Shown: positions 36,724-46,666 of the stretch, in pieces | How positions within the stretch are numbered: position 1 is the first letter of the stretch | Layout of the letters: every line of letters starts with the position of its first letter | IMG/VR virus record: IMGVR_UViG_3300012988_000001 | Span: 1 to 64,000 of that record | Length of the DNA stretch: 64,000 nucleotides | Reading direction: 5' to 3' (one strand) | The notes under the pieces: generated by a model | Told to the model about the DNA's origin: nothing | Databases searched by the model: none | The model's input: the letters and a program-made list of their open reading frames with translations, nothing else | Program-made: the position numbers and the translations under genes

Positions 36724-36726
36724 ACA

Positions 36727-36879
36727 ATGGCAAATAAGAAAAAGAAACCTGTGCAGAACAACCCGGTTGCGAAGTACATGGAAACTTTCAACAAACCTAA
36801 GACGTTTGAAGATCGTAAACAAGCAGCCAAGAATGGCAAGATTAAACATAAAGGACGTGGCTGGGACACGTCCTTTTAA
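36727..36879 (+). CDS. Small basic phage protein (50 aa)
   Basis: GGAG RBS; hand translation MANKKKKPVQNNPVAKYMETFNKPKTFEDRK... Confidence 0.65.
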   Translation: MANKKKKPVQNNPVAKYMETFNKPKTFEDRKQAAKNGKIKHKGRGWDTSF

Positions 36880-36895
36880 CATTTGTGGGGTACGC

Positions 36896-37780
36896 ATGAT
36901 AGAAATGATGGACTACAAAAAATACTCAGTACATGAGTACAATACAATACTTCGTGATTGGTACTATGGTAAACCACCGGAAGATACTAACATCTTTAAG
37001 TACTCAATCAATCACGTCAAACGAAATGTAGATAACATGCTGATAATGTTCGACAATAATCACTGGCTCAAAGTCGATAGTGAAGGTTGGTGGGCTGAAG
37101 CATATTCGGACGATACTCGTGATGTTATTAGTAATCGCCATTTCTACACGAAGAATCGCACTTCTGAATCTTTGGGGTTGGGTAATATTGCGTTCACTTC
37201 ACGTCCAGCAAAGGGTATTACTTACAAGAATATAGTACTTAAAGGTGTTAATATTACACGCAATGACCACACTATAGTACGTGTGAACTGCCGTAATCAT
37301 TACCACTTCAACACTCAACAATTCAAGAAGTATAAAGAGATTCAGTTCAATACGAATTGCGGTCTATCTTACTTTGAGAAAATTAATAACAAAAATGAAG
37401 TACTCAAGACTGTTATCAGGGTGTCAGATAAGGAATCCAAGGATACTTATAGCTGTAATCTAGAGTGGGATCGCAATCGTAATGTAGTTAACATGCAATT
37501 GTATAAGAACTTCCAGCGTGAAAAGTTATTCCCCATGAAGTTTAAAGATTGTAGTATTGATAACATCTTTAACAAGTATATTATGTTTGAATTTGAACTC
37601 ACGACTGATCAAAAGAATTTTGAGGCTTTAGAGAATGTACGTACTCTATTGAAGAAACACATCCAAAATACGTACACAAAAGTAAAGGAAGATGGACTCA
37701 ATACTACACTAATTAGTCATGTATTGAAACGGATTGAGGTAATTGAAAGTGATGAACATCAAGTTCAAAGACGGCCCTAA
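36896..37780 (+). CDS. Hypothetical protein
   Basis: Long ORF; start moved to the GGGG-RBS ATG. Confidence 0.7.
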   Translation: MIEMMDYKKYSVHEYNTILRDWYYGKPPEDTNIFKYSINHVKRNVDNMLIMFDNNHWLKVDSEGWWAEAYSDDTRDVISNRHFYTKNRTSESLGLGNIAFTSRPAKGITYKNIVLKGVNITRNDHTIVRVNCRNHYHFNTQQFKKYKEIQFNTNCGLSYFEKINNKNEVLKTVIRVSDKESKDTYSCNLEWDRNRNVVNMQLYKNFQREKLFPMKFKDCSIDNIFNKYIMFEFELTTDQKNFEALENVRTLLKKHIQNTYTKVKEDGLNTTLISHVLKRIEVIESDEHQVQRRP

Positions 37781-38075
37781 GTTCCCAAATTTGGGACACA
37801 GGATTAAACCAAAAAATGCGAAAGAAGTAGTTCACCCGGACGGTAAAGTACTATACTTATTGGATGCACCAAGCGAAAAGGCTGCATTGGATACGTTGGT
37901 AATTACTTCTCGCTTTAACAAAAGTACAGTCGATGTACCGTACTTAACCTATCTGTACTGCGAGCATATTATTGACTTCGATGAAGCTGATGAAAAAATG
38001 TTCGCGATGCTCTTGGATGACTTCAATGAATGGTGGAAACATATTGAAGGAAAACTTGGGACAGATGACCAATAA
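37752..38075 (+). CDS. Hypothetical protein
   Basis: GAGG RBS. Confidence 0.7.
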   Translation: MNIKFKDGPKFPNLGHRIKPKNAKEVVHPDGKVLYLLDAPSEKAALDTLVITSRFNKSTVDVPYLTYLYCEHIIDFDEADEKMFAMLLDDFNEWWKHIEGKLGTDDQ

Positions 38076-38120
38076 TGTGATATAATAACGCATCATAAAA
38101 AAACGAAAGGAGTCGAAATT

Positions 38121-38504
38121 ATGAACGCAACTCATTCTCAAAATCTAAAGGCAGTTGGTGGTGTAGTTCTAATTAACCATGAAGGTAGTGAAAAACTATG
38201 TTGTCTTGAAGATATGCAGCACACCAAATATTTTACTATCGGTCAATTATTCAATGCTATCCGAGTACTAAACAACAAAGAAGTACATGAATACGGTGAC
38301 CTATGGCCCTCCTATCGCAATCGCAAAACTGGCGAAGTTTCTGCTGATTGGGAAACACTAAAAGCAGTACTTGAGAACTGCGAATCTGACTACGACTTCA
38401 TGGTAGAAGTTTGTGCACAATTGAACGAAGAAGTTCCAGAGATTGTTGAACGTAAGATTGTTCTAGAGAATCTAGAAAAACTACGCCACGGCACTCTAAT
38501 CTAA
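38121..38504 (+). CDS. Hypothetical protein
   Basis: AAGGAG RBS. Confidence 0.8.
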   Translation: MNATHSQNLKAVGGVVLINHEGSEKLCCLEDMQHTKYFTIGQLFNAIRVLNNKEVHEYGDLWPSYRNRKTGEVSADWETLKAVLENCESDYDFMVEVCAQLNEEVPEIVERKIVLENLEKLRHGTLI

Positions 38505-38514
38505 TAGGTAAATT

Positions 38515-38772
38515 ATGGAATTTAAAACACAACAAGTTATCGATGCAATAAACGCTGCTGGTATTACAGCAGTAAAAATCGATGCACCAATATTTGAATT
38601 GAAAGTTGGGACTGGTACAACTCCAGTTACTGTATATTCAGCTAAAGGTGATTCAATCGAAGAAGGGATCGAGTACATCATCGGTTTTAAACCGCTAGTT
38701 GTATTTGTAAAAGATGTATTCATTGAAGGTGACGGGACCGTTATCTTCAGGTATGCAACTATAGCACTATAA
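38515..38772 (+). CDS. Hypothetical protein
   Basis: AGGT RBS. Confidence 0.75.
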   Translation: MEFKTQQVIDAINAAGITAVKIDAPIFELKVGTGTTPVTVYSAKGDSIEEGIEYIIGFKPLVVFVKDVFIEGDGTVIFRYATIAL

Positions 38773-38806
38773 AATCTAATAACATTTATTAAAAGGGAAT
38801 TTAAAA

Positions 38807-39115
38807 ATGGAAAACGAAAACAAATTTGATATGTTCGCAAGCCTAGCTGACCGTGATTTCAACGAAATCGAAAATGAAGAAGTTGAGCTAGTAAGTGTAA
38901 CTGCTAAAGCTGAAGGTAACAGTTCTAAGAAATTACGTACCGTTACTGTTCGCTCTCAAGAAGAGTACGAAACCTTTATTGAAAGTGTTCATTTCGAAAC
39001 GCTAAAGCACCCAACTACTGGAGAAGAATATCAAGTTAAAGTTACAGTACTTAAACCTGAAGTCAATCCACTAGAGAACATGCGTCCTGTATTTGCTTAC
39101 AGCACAAATCACTAA
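38807..39115 (+). CDS. Hypothetical protein
   Basis: Followed by terminator ATAGCAGGGA-TT-TCCCTGCTAT-T6 (39121-39148). Confidence 0.8.
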   Translation: MENENKFDMFASLADRDFNEIENEEVELVSVTAKAEGNSSKKLRTVTVRSQEEYETFIESVHFETLKHPTTGEEYQVKVTVLKPEVNPLENMRPVFAYSTNH

Positions 39116-39169
39116 GACAAATAGCAGGGATTTCCCTGCTATTTTTTTAATTAAAAAACGGAGGATACT

Positions 39170-39952
39170 ATGAAAAGCCTTAAAGAGATTCGCGACTATC
39201 AAGAAAGCGAATACGTTAAAATTAAAGATTTGAGTAGGAAGATTCACCACAAACTACTATCCAGATTATCCTTCCATGAATTAATGGATGATAATTTTGA
39301 TGCTATTGGTATAGAAGATAAGTACAATAAAACCATTCGTCCTTTAATTGTAGAGTACAAAAAGAATCTACGCGAGATGATCAATGATCACTTAGTGAAA
39401 TTCATTGAGGGATGGGCGTTTGTGCATCCTGAAGGTCGTTGGGGGATTTGGAAAGAAGATGGTAATATTTGTAGTGTTACCGATTATAGTATTGTTGATA
39501 ACTTCAATGATTATATTTTTGATCTAGAAATTGACGAGTACTGTCAACTTGTTTATGACATGCTAGATGATTACAAAATCCAACCATTCTGGCAACAATC
39601 TTATACTCTATATGGTGATGGTTATCGTAAGTATATCAGTAGTGCAAACAATGCTGAGTACTATATCAAAAACAATCGTAACCAGTTCAAGGGATATAAA
39701 GCCAATTATGAAGTACTTGCAGAGTTGGCAGAGCATACTAATAGTCTTCCTTATAAGATGAACCTACCCCCAATGCCGAATGATGTTTGCAGTTCGTTAC
39801 GCAGTAATGAATTACAAGATTGTGTTAAACACCATCGAGTACTCCATGCGTTCTTTGAGAAATATGGAGATGATCCAAAAGCGGGGGCATATTATAGTAG
39901 TGACCACAAAGATGGTACAATAACATTCTGTAGGAGTGATATAGATTTATGA
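39170..39952 (+). CDS. Hypothetical protein
   Basis: GGAGG RBS. Confidence 0.8.
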   Translation: MKSLKEIRDYQESEYVKIKDLSRKIHHKLLSRLSFHELMDDNFDAIGIEDKYNKTIRPLIVEYKKNLREMINDHLVKFIEGWAFVHPEGRWGIWKEDGNICSVTDYSIVDNFNDYIFDLEIDEYCQLVYDMLDDYKIQPFWQQSYTLYGDGYRKYISSANNAEYYIKNNRNQFKGYKANYEVLAELAEHTNSLPYKMNLPPMPNDVCSSLRSNELQDCVKHHRVLHAFFEKYGDDPKAGAYYSSDHKDGTITFCRSDIDL

Positions 39953-40830
39953 AGTTAAAATTGATTTATGATTCTGATGCATATTGTGGTGTTGGTGATG
40001 ATATTTGCATGGAAGAAGATGATGATCCGGGATATTGCTCGGACCAGTATGTAAACAGTCGTCATGACCATGAGCGTACTGATTACCGAGAATTACTACA
40101 TCGTCAAATGAATAAGTACTGCCGCAGTAAGGCCAGAACCCAAGACATGCATTTGGTTGATGTACCAGATGAGATTATGTTGCAATACATGCTCGAAGGG
40201 GTTTACGATTTGGATTGGATTGCTTTCAATCTAAAAGACTATCGCATCAGTATCTCGAATACTGCATGGGGTGCGTTACGCTATGGTGAAGAACGTCGCT
40301 ATGGTCGTGGTGGTTCAGTTTCTGCCAATGGGGGTGTCCCTAACCAGCGTTTCTTTGAGTTCAACATCTCTGCAACCAGTGCGTATGATGCACAGAACTC
40401 TGCTAGAGAGGATTATATGCTTGTCCCTGATGGGGAGCACTATAAGAATATCAAAGAGGCTCTAGAGCCTTACGTGCAGTTTAGATTGGCACAACATTTC
40501 TCTACGTGTAGTGATATGATTCGCAGTACTCAAGATTTTGGAAAAAGCGACTGTCGTTACGGTGGTTATGAGATAGAAGAAGATGGTTTGTGGTATGAGG
40601 ACCAAACTCTTGATACTATGCTTTCCATGAAGCGTGTATTCCAACCGGACGAGCATAAGTGTCGTGATTCTTGGGATATTCGCTATGATACATTCTTGAT
40701 GTGTATGGAGTTCTGGAGAGAGGACCATCCATCTTTCCTAGCGATCCGTCAATATTTGTCGGATTACGAAATTGAGTCCTTCCGTCTTCTTGATGAGCGT
40801 ATCAAGCGTAAGGTTTCTGGGACAAACTAA
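39949..40830 (+). CDS. Acidic hypothetical protein
   Basis: ATGA coupling; terminator at 40850-40880. Confidence 0.8.
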   Translation: MKLKLIYDSDAYCGVGDDICMEEDDDPGYCSDQYVNSRHDHERTDYRELLHRQMNKYCRSKARTQDMHLVDVPDEIMLQYMLEGVYDLDWIAFNLKDYRISISNTAWGALRYGEERRYGRGGSVSANGGVPNQRFFEFNISATSAYDAQNSAREDYMLVPDGEHYKNIKEALEPYVQFRLAQHFSTCSDMIRSTQDFGKSDCRYGGYEIEEDGLWYEDQTLDTMLSMKRVFQPDEHKCRDSWDIRYDTFLMCMEFWREDHPSFLAIRQYLSDYEIESFRLLDERIKRKVSGTN

Positions 40831-40880
40831 TAAAAATGTGATATAATATAGGGGTAGAGTCGTGCAGTCTCTACCCTTTT

Positions 40881-41480
40881 TCAATTCTGAATGGCTCCAG
40901 TTCTGGAGATTAAAAAGCACCTGATTCACTCGAAAATGTAGAGGACAGTTGAGTAGTTCATTCAGTACGATTTGCAGAAGATACCCGTTAGGAGATGGCA
41001 TAGTTAATACCACCCACGGCAATGCGGCAAATAAAACTGGGATTCGTAATACTAATACTCCCAGCGTGTACACGGCACGATAGACATATAGGACTCGCAC
41101 CTACCAAATGTATAAGGGAATCACCTTATTTTGTGCGACGTTATTTTAGGGCTAGCCCTAGTTGCGTCCAGAATTTGAGTGATAAGTACAGTAACAGTTC
41201 ATGTTGTTATTGTATTAAGCGTACTAAGACTACGACCGTTGCATAGAACCGCGATAGGAAGAAACCGGGCAACCCGCTTCCGTTCTGTATGAAATTCGTG
41301 ACATGAAATGATGACACCACCAGCGTCAAAGCATTTATCTTCCCCACCCAGTGGGGGGATGAAATTGAATCAACAAACCTCGTCAATAACTAAAGTACAA
41401 ACAATTCAAAAGAATGAGATGGAATGAACGAAGTGAATTTCAACTCGTTCTAAATCATTACGCAAGTAATGATTCATTGC
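40881..41480. ncRNA. Candidate large structured ncRNA or origin-like region
   Basis: About 0.6 kb with no RBS-supported ORF and several perfect hairpins. Confidence 0.35.
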
Positions 41481-41507
41481 TTTGTATATCAACAAAGAGA
41501 AATAGCA

Positions 41508-42017
41508 ATGTTAAAAGTGGTATATAAACAGAAAGATGGTACTGAATTCAATTCACTACCTGAGTCCTTTACTGGCTATATGATTTCCAAATACGAGATC
41601 TCAACGCATTCTATAATTGAGTACCGTAAAGGTGAAATCATAGGGAATATAAAATTCCGTCCCACAAAAACACCTGTTATCTTTACTGTAGAGTATAATG
41701 GATATAATGAAATGCGTTATACTAATGGAAAAATACTAACCGTCTGGAACCAGAATGGAAAAATAATGGAAGGTGAGTGTCGTCAATTTTCGGCTGACGG
41801 TGATCTCACCGGAATTGAGTACTACCATAAGGGCAATAAAGTAACACAAGATATTCAATCATTCTTAGGTACTGATAAACCACTCAAGGATTATCGATTC
41901 GGAGAAGATGATATCTTTAACCTATACATGTTGTATGGGAGTAAATTTAAATTTTATAATGAATATAAACAGGATAGTAAGTACTTCGATGAGGTAGCAA
42001 ACTTCTGTTTAAAATGA
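41508..42017 (+). CDS. Hypothetical protein (possible distant FQxS relative)
   Basis: C-terminal GEDDIFNLYMLY. Confidence 0.7.
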   Translation: MLKVVYKQKDGTEFNSLPESFTGYMISKYEISTHSIIEYRKGEIIGNIKFRPTKTPVIFTVEYNGYNEMRYTNGKILTVWNQNGKIMEGECRQFSADGDLTGIEYYHKGNKVTQDIQSFLGTDKPLKDYRFGEDDIFNLYMLYGSKFKFYNEYKQDSKYFDEVANFCLK

Positions 42018-42028
42018 AAGGAAACTAT

Positions 42029-42550
42029 ATGGCAGACAAGGATATGTCAATACATTATAGTTCAGGCAACGACCACTGGACCACTCCTATTGAGTTGTTC
42101 AACGCATTAAATGCGTTATGGGGATTTACAGTAGATGTTGCTTGCGAAATAGAAACAGCGTTGTGTCATAAATTCTACACACCCGCTGAAGATGGGCTAA
42201 TGCAAGATTGGAGTAATGAAACATGGTGGATGAATCCCCCATACTCCGATTTAAAACCTTGGCTACAAAAAGCATCTGCATCACACAGGTACAATGAAAA
42301 CAGTAATGGACTTATATTAGTTCCATCCAGAACTGATACAAAAGCATTTCAAGATTACGCTGTACCTGATTGCACATGCATGTGTTTCATTAAAGGTCGT
42401 ATTAAATTTGGTGATCCAAATAATACAGACCCAAATAAGAAACAACACCCAGCACCCTTCCCAAGTGTTATCATCGTATTTGATAATGACTTAACGGAAG
42501 AAAAACTTAATTACCTACGCAGTATTGGAAGAGTAATGAAAAATGTCTAA
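42029..42550 (+). CDS. Phage DNA N6-adenine methyltransferase (Dam-like phage family)
   Basis: DHWTTP..LF..L..WGFTVDVA; DGLMQDW; WMNPPYS catalytic motif. Confidence 0.9.
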   Translation: MADKDMSIHYSSGNDHWTTPIELFNALNALWGFTVDVACEIETALCHKFYTPAEDGLMQDWSNETWWMNPPYSDLKPWLQKASASHRYNENSNGLILVPSRTDTKAFQDYAVPDCTCMCFIKGRIKFGDPNNTDPNKKQHPAPFPSVIIVFDNDLTEEKLNYLRSIGRVMKNV

Positions 42551-43076
42551 ATGCGTTTTTATATACGGACGTATGAATCCATGCCATTTGGGTCATGGTA
42601 AAGTTTTTGAACAAGCCTTGGGATTACGAGATACTAATACTGATGTTCGTTTATATTTAAGTTCATCACAGGATAGTACTAAAAATCCTTTACCAAGAGA
42701 TTTACGTCAGTACTTTATTAGTAAGTTCTTTCCTAATATGGAAAGTACTATACAAGATGTAGATGTTAAAAATTTATTTGAAATCATGACTTCACTTGAT
42801 GGTGAATATGATGAAATTATATTTGTCGGTGGTTCTGATAGAGCCGAAGATTTTCAAAAAACACTTGACCGATATAACGGAACGTTGTATAATTTCAAAT
42901 CAATACAAACCGTTCTTGCTGGTGAAGATAGAACTGGATGTATATACAGTAGTACGTTGATGCGTCAGTCGGTACAGAATGATGATTTCCAAACATTCAA
43001 GATTTGTTTACCGGGAGATGATGAGTACTTAAAGTATGAGATGTTCTGTGGTGTTCAAACTTATATGAGGAAATGA
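42543..43076 (+). CDS. HIGH-motif nucleotidyltransferase (cytidylyltransferase-like)
   Basis: YGRMNPCHLGH; KNPL; VGGSDR; SSTLMR. Confidence 0.8.
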   Translation: MSKCVFIYGRMNPCHLGHGKVFEQALGLRDTNTDVRLYLSSSQDSTKNPLPRDLRQYFISKFFPNMESTIQDVDVKNLFEIMTSLDGEYDEIIFVGGSDRAEDFQKTLDRYNGTLYNFKSIQTVLAGEDRTGCIYSSTLMRQSVQNDDFQTFKICLPGDDEYLKYEMFCGVQTYMRK

Positions 43077-43077
43077 T

Positions 43078-43371
43078 ATGGATCTAGATTTAGCACCAGC
43101 TCCTGCTGTACTATGGGCTGAAAATGAGAGTACTGGATACCGTCACGTTGGGGTAATGAGTGAAGGTCGAAAGATATTTGTTGTTGCTTCGCACTTGACA
43201 GATGGTTACTGGACGTGTAAAGTAATCCCTATGGGCTATTCATACACGAAAGATGAAATGTCAGATTTGGCATATCTTTTCAATGGTTTTATGCGTGAGC
43301 TAATGGATTTCCTAGAGCGTGATGAAGAAATCACCCACGACGATATCCTTGAATTCTTGGGGCATATATGA
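43078..43371 (+). CDS. Hypothetical protein
   Basis: GAGGA RBS. Confidence 0.75.
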   Translation: MDLDLAPAPAVLWAENESTGYRHVGVMSEGRKIFVVASHLTDGYWTCKVIPMGYSYTKDEMSDLAYLFNGFMRELMDFLERDEEITHDDILEFLGHI

Positions 43372-43607
43372 GTCTAGTAATTGACGGAGTTGAAATCCAA
43401 GATGACTGTACTGTACTTGAGGGATTGTCCTTTTTGCATGTGTACTTTAAAGGGCTACGTAACAGTACTAAAGAATTTTTAGAGAGTGTTCAGAATGAAA
43501 CAGTTTACGTTAGTTATACTAACGAAGATGAATTCTATGAATATCCTCAAGCAATGATTATATACCTAGGCAACAATACGCTTTACGTATCTAGCTGGTT
43601 AAACTAA
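43368..43607 (+). CDS. Hypothetical protein
   Basis: ATGA coupling. Confidence 0.7.
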   Translation: MSLVIDGVEIQDDCTVLEGLSFLHVYFKGLRNSTKEFLESVQNETVYVSYTNEDEFYEYPQAMIIYLGNNTLYVSSWLN

Positions 43608-43616
43608 GGAGCACCA

Positions 43617-44234
43617 ATGTTATTATCTTCTGAAACTTTTGCACGGTATCATCGCATGGGACTTTCCCCGCGTCCGGTTCGTGGAAAAGCCAAAGACCAA
43701 GACCTAGCTGTGGCTTATTACTTCGATAATGTACAATATGTATTCAATGATTACGGTACATACGAAGAAGAGTCGAATGCTGAAGACATGAACCTAGCTG
43801 TTCAAAATCTTCAAGAAATCATTAACAGTGAACGTCATGACAAAGTTAAATCGGTACTTGAGCACATTCAGTCTCAGATGAAAGTACCACTATGGGTTGA
43901 GATTGCTTTAGACCCACAACTCGGAGTCACTTTCGGAAGTTCGGAAGGTAGTATTGCTGAGATGATTATGGATTTCCCAAGTGTTGAGAAGTTCGAAGAG
44001 TACAAAGAACGTATCATTGAACAACTTCGTTCATTAGGTGCAGACCTTGATAAAATGCCACCAATTGAAGATGTAAAAGAATTCATTGTAATCCCAACTG
44101 ATTCGAAGTATGATGTTGTTTTCAAAGACATGAAAGTAGATGGTGTAATCGTTGAAATCATGGATGACGACGATGGGTACTATATCGAAATCGATATGGA
44201 TGGTGATGATGACGACGATGATGAGGATGACTAA
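43617..44234 (+). CDS. Acidic protein with poly-Asp C-terminus
   Basis: AAGGAG RBS; ends DMDGDDDDDDEDD. Confidence 0.8.
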   Translation: MLLSSETFARYHRMGLSPRPVRGKAKDQDLAVAYYFDNVQYVFNDYGTYEEESNAEDMNLAVQNLQEIINSERHDKVKSVLEHIQSQMKVPLWVEIALDPQLGVTFGSSEGSIAEMIMDFPSVEKFEEYKERIIEQLRSLGADLDKMPPIEDVKEFIVIPTDSKYDVVFKDMKVDGVIVEIMDDDDGYYIEIDMDGDDDDDDEDD

Positions 44235-44935
44235 TGCCAAAAACTGACTATTCCAAACTACGCACTAAAGTACTAGGCATCATTGAAGGGTTGGCTTTAG
44301 CTGACCCGGACTACAATGAACTACGTCGCCTACTTACTTTCTGTGAAGGTATTCATACAAATACCCGCAAAGATGGCTCACGTGAGTTCAGCCACCAGCT
44401 AGAAATGATTGCTTATGCAATCACTTTCCACTCCCAATTAACAGACCCATTATCGGTGTACTGTGCTATTTTAGTACATGATGTTCTTGAAGACTATCCA
44501 GAACAGCGTGGTTCTATGTTAGCTGAATTCCCAAGTGTAGTGGACTTGAGTACTCGCCTATCTAAGTTCAAAGATTCATCACATGATGAAGATACTTACT
44601 ACGGATATTTTTCAAGTCTTGCTAATTGTCCAGTTTGTAGTATTGTGAAACTAATTGACCGTGTTCACAATCTCAGTACTGCACCGGGTGTATTCAGTGT
44701 AGCTAAACTACGTGAGTATATTCGCGAAACCGAGAACTATTACTTCGGGTTAATTCGTGAATGTAAATTGCGTTATGAGAATCGTAGTGTGTATGAGAAT
44801 TTGAAATTTGTATTGACTACTCAAGTTAATACTATTAGTGCTCTACTACCACTACCACCAGCTAATGCACACCCACAACCTGACCCGGAACCAACTGAAA
44901 AGCGGAAGTTGGACTGCAACTACAATAGCCTATGA
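44234..44935 (+). CDS. HD-domain hydrolase, RelA/SpoT (Mesh1/SAH)-like (p)ppGpp hydrolase
   Basis: RKDG..EFSH; AILVHDVLED; IVKLIDRVHNL. Confidence 0.8.
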   Translation: MPKTDYSKLRTKVLGIIEGLALADPDYNELRRLLTFCEGIHTNTRKDGSREFSHQLEMIAYAITFHSQLTDPLSVYCAILVHDVLEDYPEQRGSMLAEFPSVVDLSTRLSKFKDSSHDEDTYYGYFSSLANCPVCSIVKLIDRVHNLSTAPGVFSVAKLREYIRETENYYFGLIRECKLRYENRSVYENLKFVLTTQVNTISALLPLPPANAHPQPDPEPTEKRKLDCNYNSL

Positions 44936-45150
44936 GAACGTTCAAAAATAAATTTAGGATTTTGATTAACAAATTACTAATTGTTATTATTTGGTTTATT
45001 ATGTTAATCTACTTTTGTGGACTATCTATTATTCCAATTAGTTCCATGTACATATTGTATGCGATTTCATGTGTGGTTGTAGTGTATGGTGGGTGTTGGT
45101 TCATGCATTTATTGGATGAAGCTAATAAAAAAATACGAAATCGTAATTGA
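44932..45150 (+). CDS. Small membrane protein
   Basis: Two hydrophobic stretches. Confidence 0.6.
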   Translation: MRTFKNKFRILINKLLIVIIWFIMLIYFCGLSIIPISSMYILYAISCVVVVYGGCWFMHLLDEANKKIRNRN

Positions 45151-45188
45151 CAAGACGATACAAACCCACTATAATGTGGGTTTTCTTT
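45147..45188 (+). promoter_or_regulatory. Promoter whose -10 box is the loop of a perfect hairpin
   Basis: TTGACA N17 TATAAT; AAACCCAC-TATAAT-GTGGGTTT followed by a T-rich tract. Confidence 0.8.
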
Positions 45189-45208
45189 TAACTGAAAAGT
45201 GAGGTTGT

Positions 45209-45847
45209 ATGAATAGCATTGAAGCATCAGAAATCAATGTCCCTAGTATTCTGAATTCTATTGAATTTATGATCAAGATGAGTACTAAAGGTATCTTCTT
45301 GGACGCTCTTGGGTTTCGCGTTTATGGTGATAGTTCCTATCAGAAACTAGAAACTGAATCACATCCATATGAAAGTGGACGCCCATCAATTAAAACTGAA
45401 TATTTATACTGTGCTCAACCAACTATCCGAACATTTTTTGGTGGTAGTAGACCAGCACTTATGTACTGTTCCACCCGTTTTGTGGGTGATATTCGTGGTC
45501 TACGTTCTAACCTAATCTCATACGATTACCGAGATAAAGAATGGGCGATCAAGGTTGAACAACCAAACCAACATTTCACAGTAACCCACAAGATTGAACC
45601 CGGTAATGTACCAACTGATCAAATTCAGGATATCAATGATGAAGCTGAAATGTTCCAGTACTCATTGACAAATCCATCAGTACCTGATATTGTATTTCAA
45701 GCTGCTCGTCGGATGATGGAGCTAATTCAGATCAGTCCACAAGTTGATGCAATTACTATGCGTATGGATAGTGTAGTTGTAGATTTGGAGTACTTGGATC
45801 TAGAAGAAGAATTTAACAGGAAGCAACAAGGCTTCCAGAACTTTTAA
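45209..45847 (+). CDS. FQxS-family paralogue
   Basis: DEAEMFQYSLT. Confidence 0.8.
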   Translation: MNSIEASEINVPSILNSIEFMIKMSTKGIFLDALGFRVYGDSSYQKLETESHPYESGRPSIKTEYLYCAQPTIRTFFGGSRPALMYCSTRFVGDIRGLRSNLISYDYRDKEWAIKVEQPNQHFTVTHKIEPGNVPTDQIQDINDEAEMFQYSLTNPSVPDIVFQAARRMMELIQISPQVDAITMRMDSVVVDLEYLDLEEEFNRKQQGFQNF

Positions 45848-45886
45848 GGAGTAGTAAGGCAAGTTTATTCACAAGGATCGTGAACT

Positions 45887-46618
45887 ATGTTAGATAGAAT
45901 TAAATTTGCACAAGAACTCGCAAACGAGCTAAACATGGCTAGTTTCCAAGCACTAAATCCAATCATGGCAGAATACGCAACTGCGGCGGCTTCGTCAGGG
46001 GTACAGTGCGGTCAAGCTAATCTATTGGCTGATGTTTATAGTGAAGTACAGGGTATGCAGTACTCGGTAAAATCATATAAAGATAAGTTTGTGGGGATGT
46101 ATATGAAAGGGGAAGTAGAAGAGGAAAGACGTTTCACGGACTTCATTATTGAAAGACGTGTGTCTGGAGTCTCGAATCCTAATGCTGAACCTGATTTAGT
46201 ACTTAAGGAAGTACTACAGGATATCATGGAAAATGAACAAAAAAGTAAAGAAAAGTACAATGTACACACTACAGAGACTGTCTTGCTTGGATATTCCGAA
46301 GATGAACAGTATTATTATTTCCGACTAACGGAAGTACCTTACGTATACGATTTCCCTGAGAGTGTAAGTGAGAAGACTTTTACTGAACGTAGTAAGAACT
46401 TCCATAAGCACGAAGGGAACAGGAGAAGTATTGACGGCTACAATGAAGATGGTGTTCAAGTGTACGAATGGGTACACCCAAACAACTCAACTTATACCCG
46501 TTGTTTGAAGAAGCGTTATGACTTACAAGATGCTGATTCATTCTACTTCAAAATAGAAAAACAAAAATACCAACGACCAGATGAAAGTACTCTAATGGGT
46601 ATGGTTTCATTGATGTAG
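45887..46618 (+). CDS. Hypothetical protein
   Basis: AAGGA RBS; terminator GTACACGC-TTCG-GCGTGTAC at 46628-46647. Confidence 0.8.
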   Translation: MLDRIKFAQELANELNMASFQALNPIMAEYATAAASSGVQCGQANLLADVYSEVQGMQYSVKSYKDKFVGMYMKGEVEEERRFTDFIIERRVSGVSNPNAEPDLVLKEVLQDIMENEQKSKEKYNVHTTETVLLGYSEDEQYYYFRLTEVPYVYDFPESVSEKTFTERSKNFHKHEGNRRSIDGYNEDGVQVYEWVHPNNSTYTRCLKKRYDLQDADSFYFKIEKQKYQRPDESTLMGMVSLM

Positions 46619-46666
46619 TTTTATTATGTACACGCTTCGGCGTGTACTTCTTTCTGGAGAATACAA

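Noticed and set aside
40842-40880. TATAAT followed by a hairpin as a tiny sRNA gene
   Set aside because: The -35 is weak, and the hairpin plus T-tract is better explained as the terminator of 39949..40830.
40881-41480. tmRNA, RNase P RNA, group I or II intron, or tRNA cluster
   Set aside because: No tRNA-like acceptor or T-arm, GAGGAAAGUCC, P7 or domain V signatures could be identified by eye.
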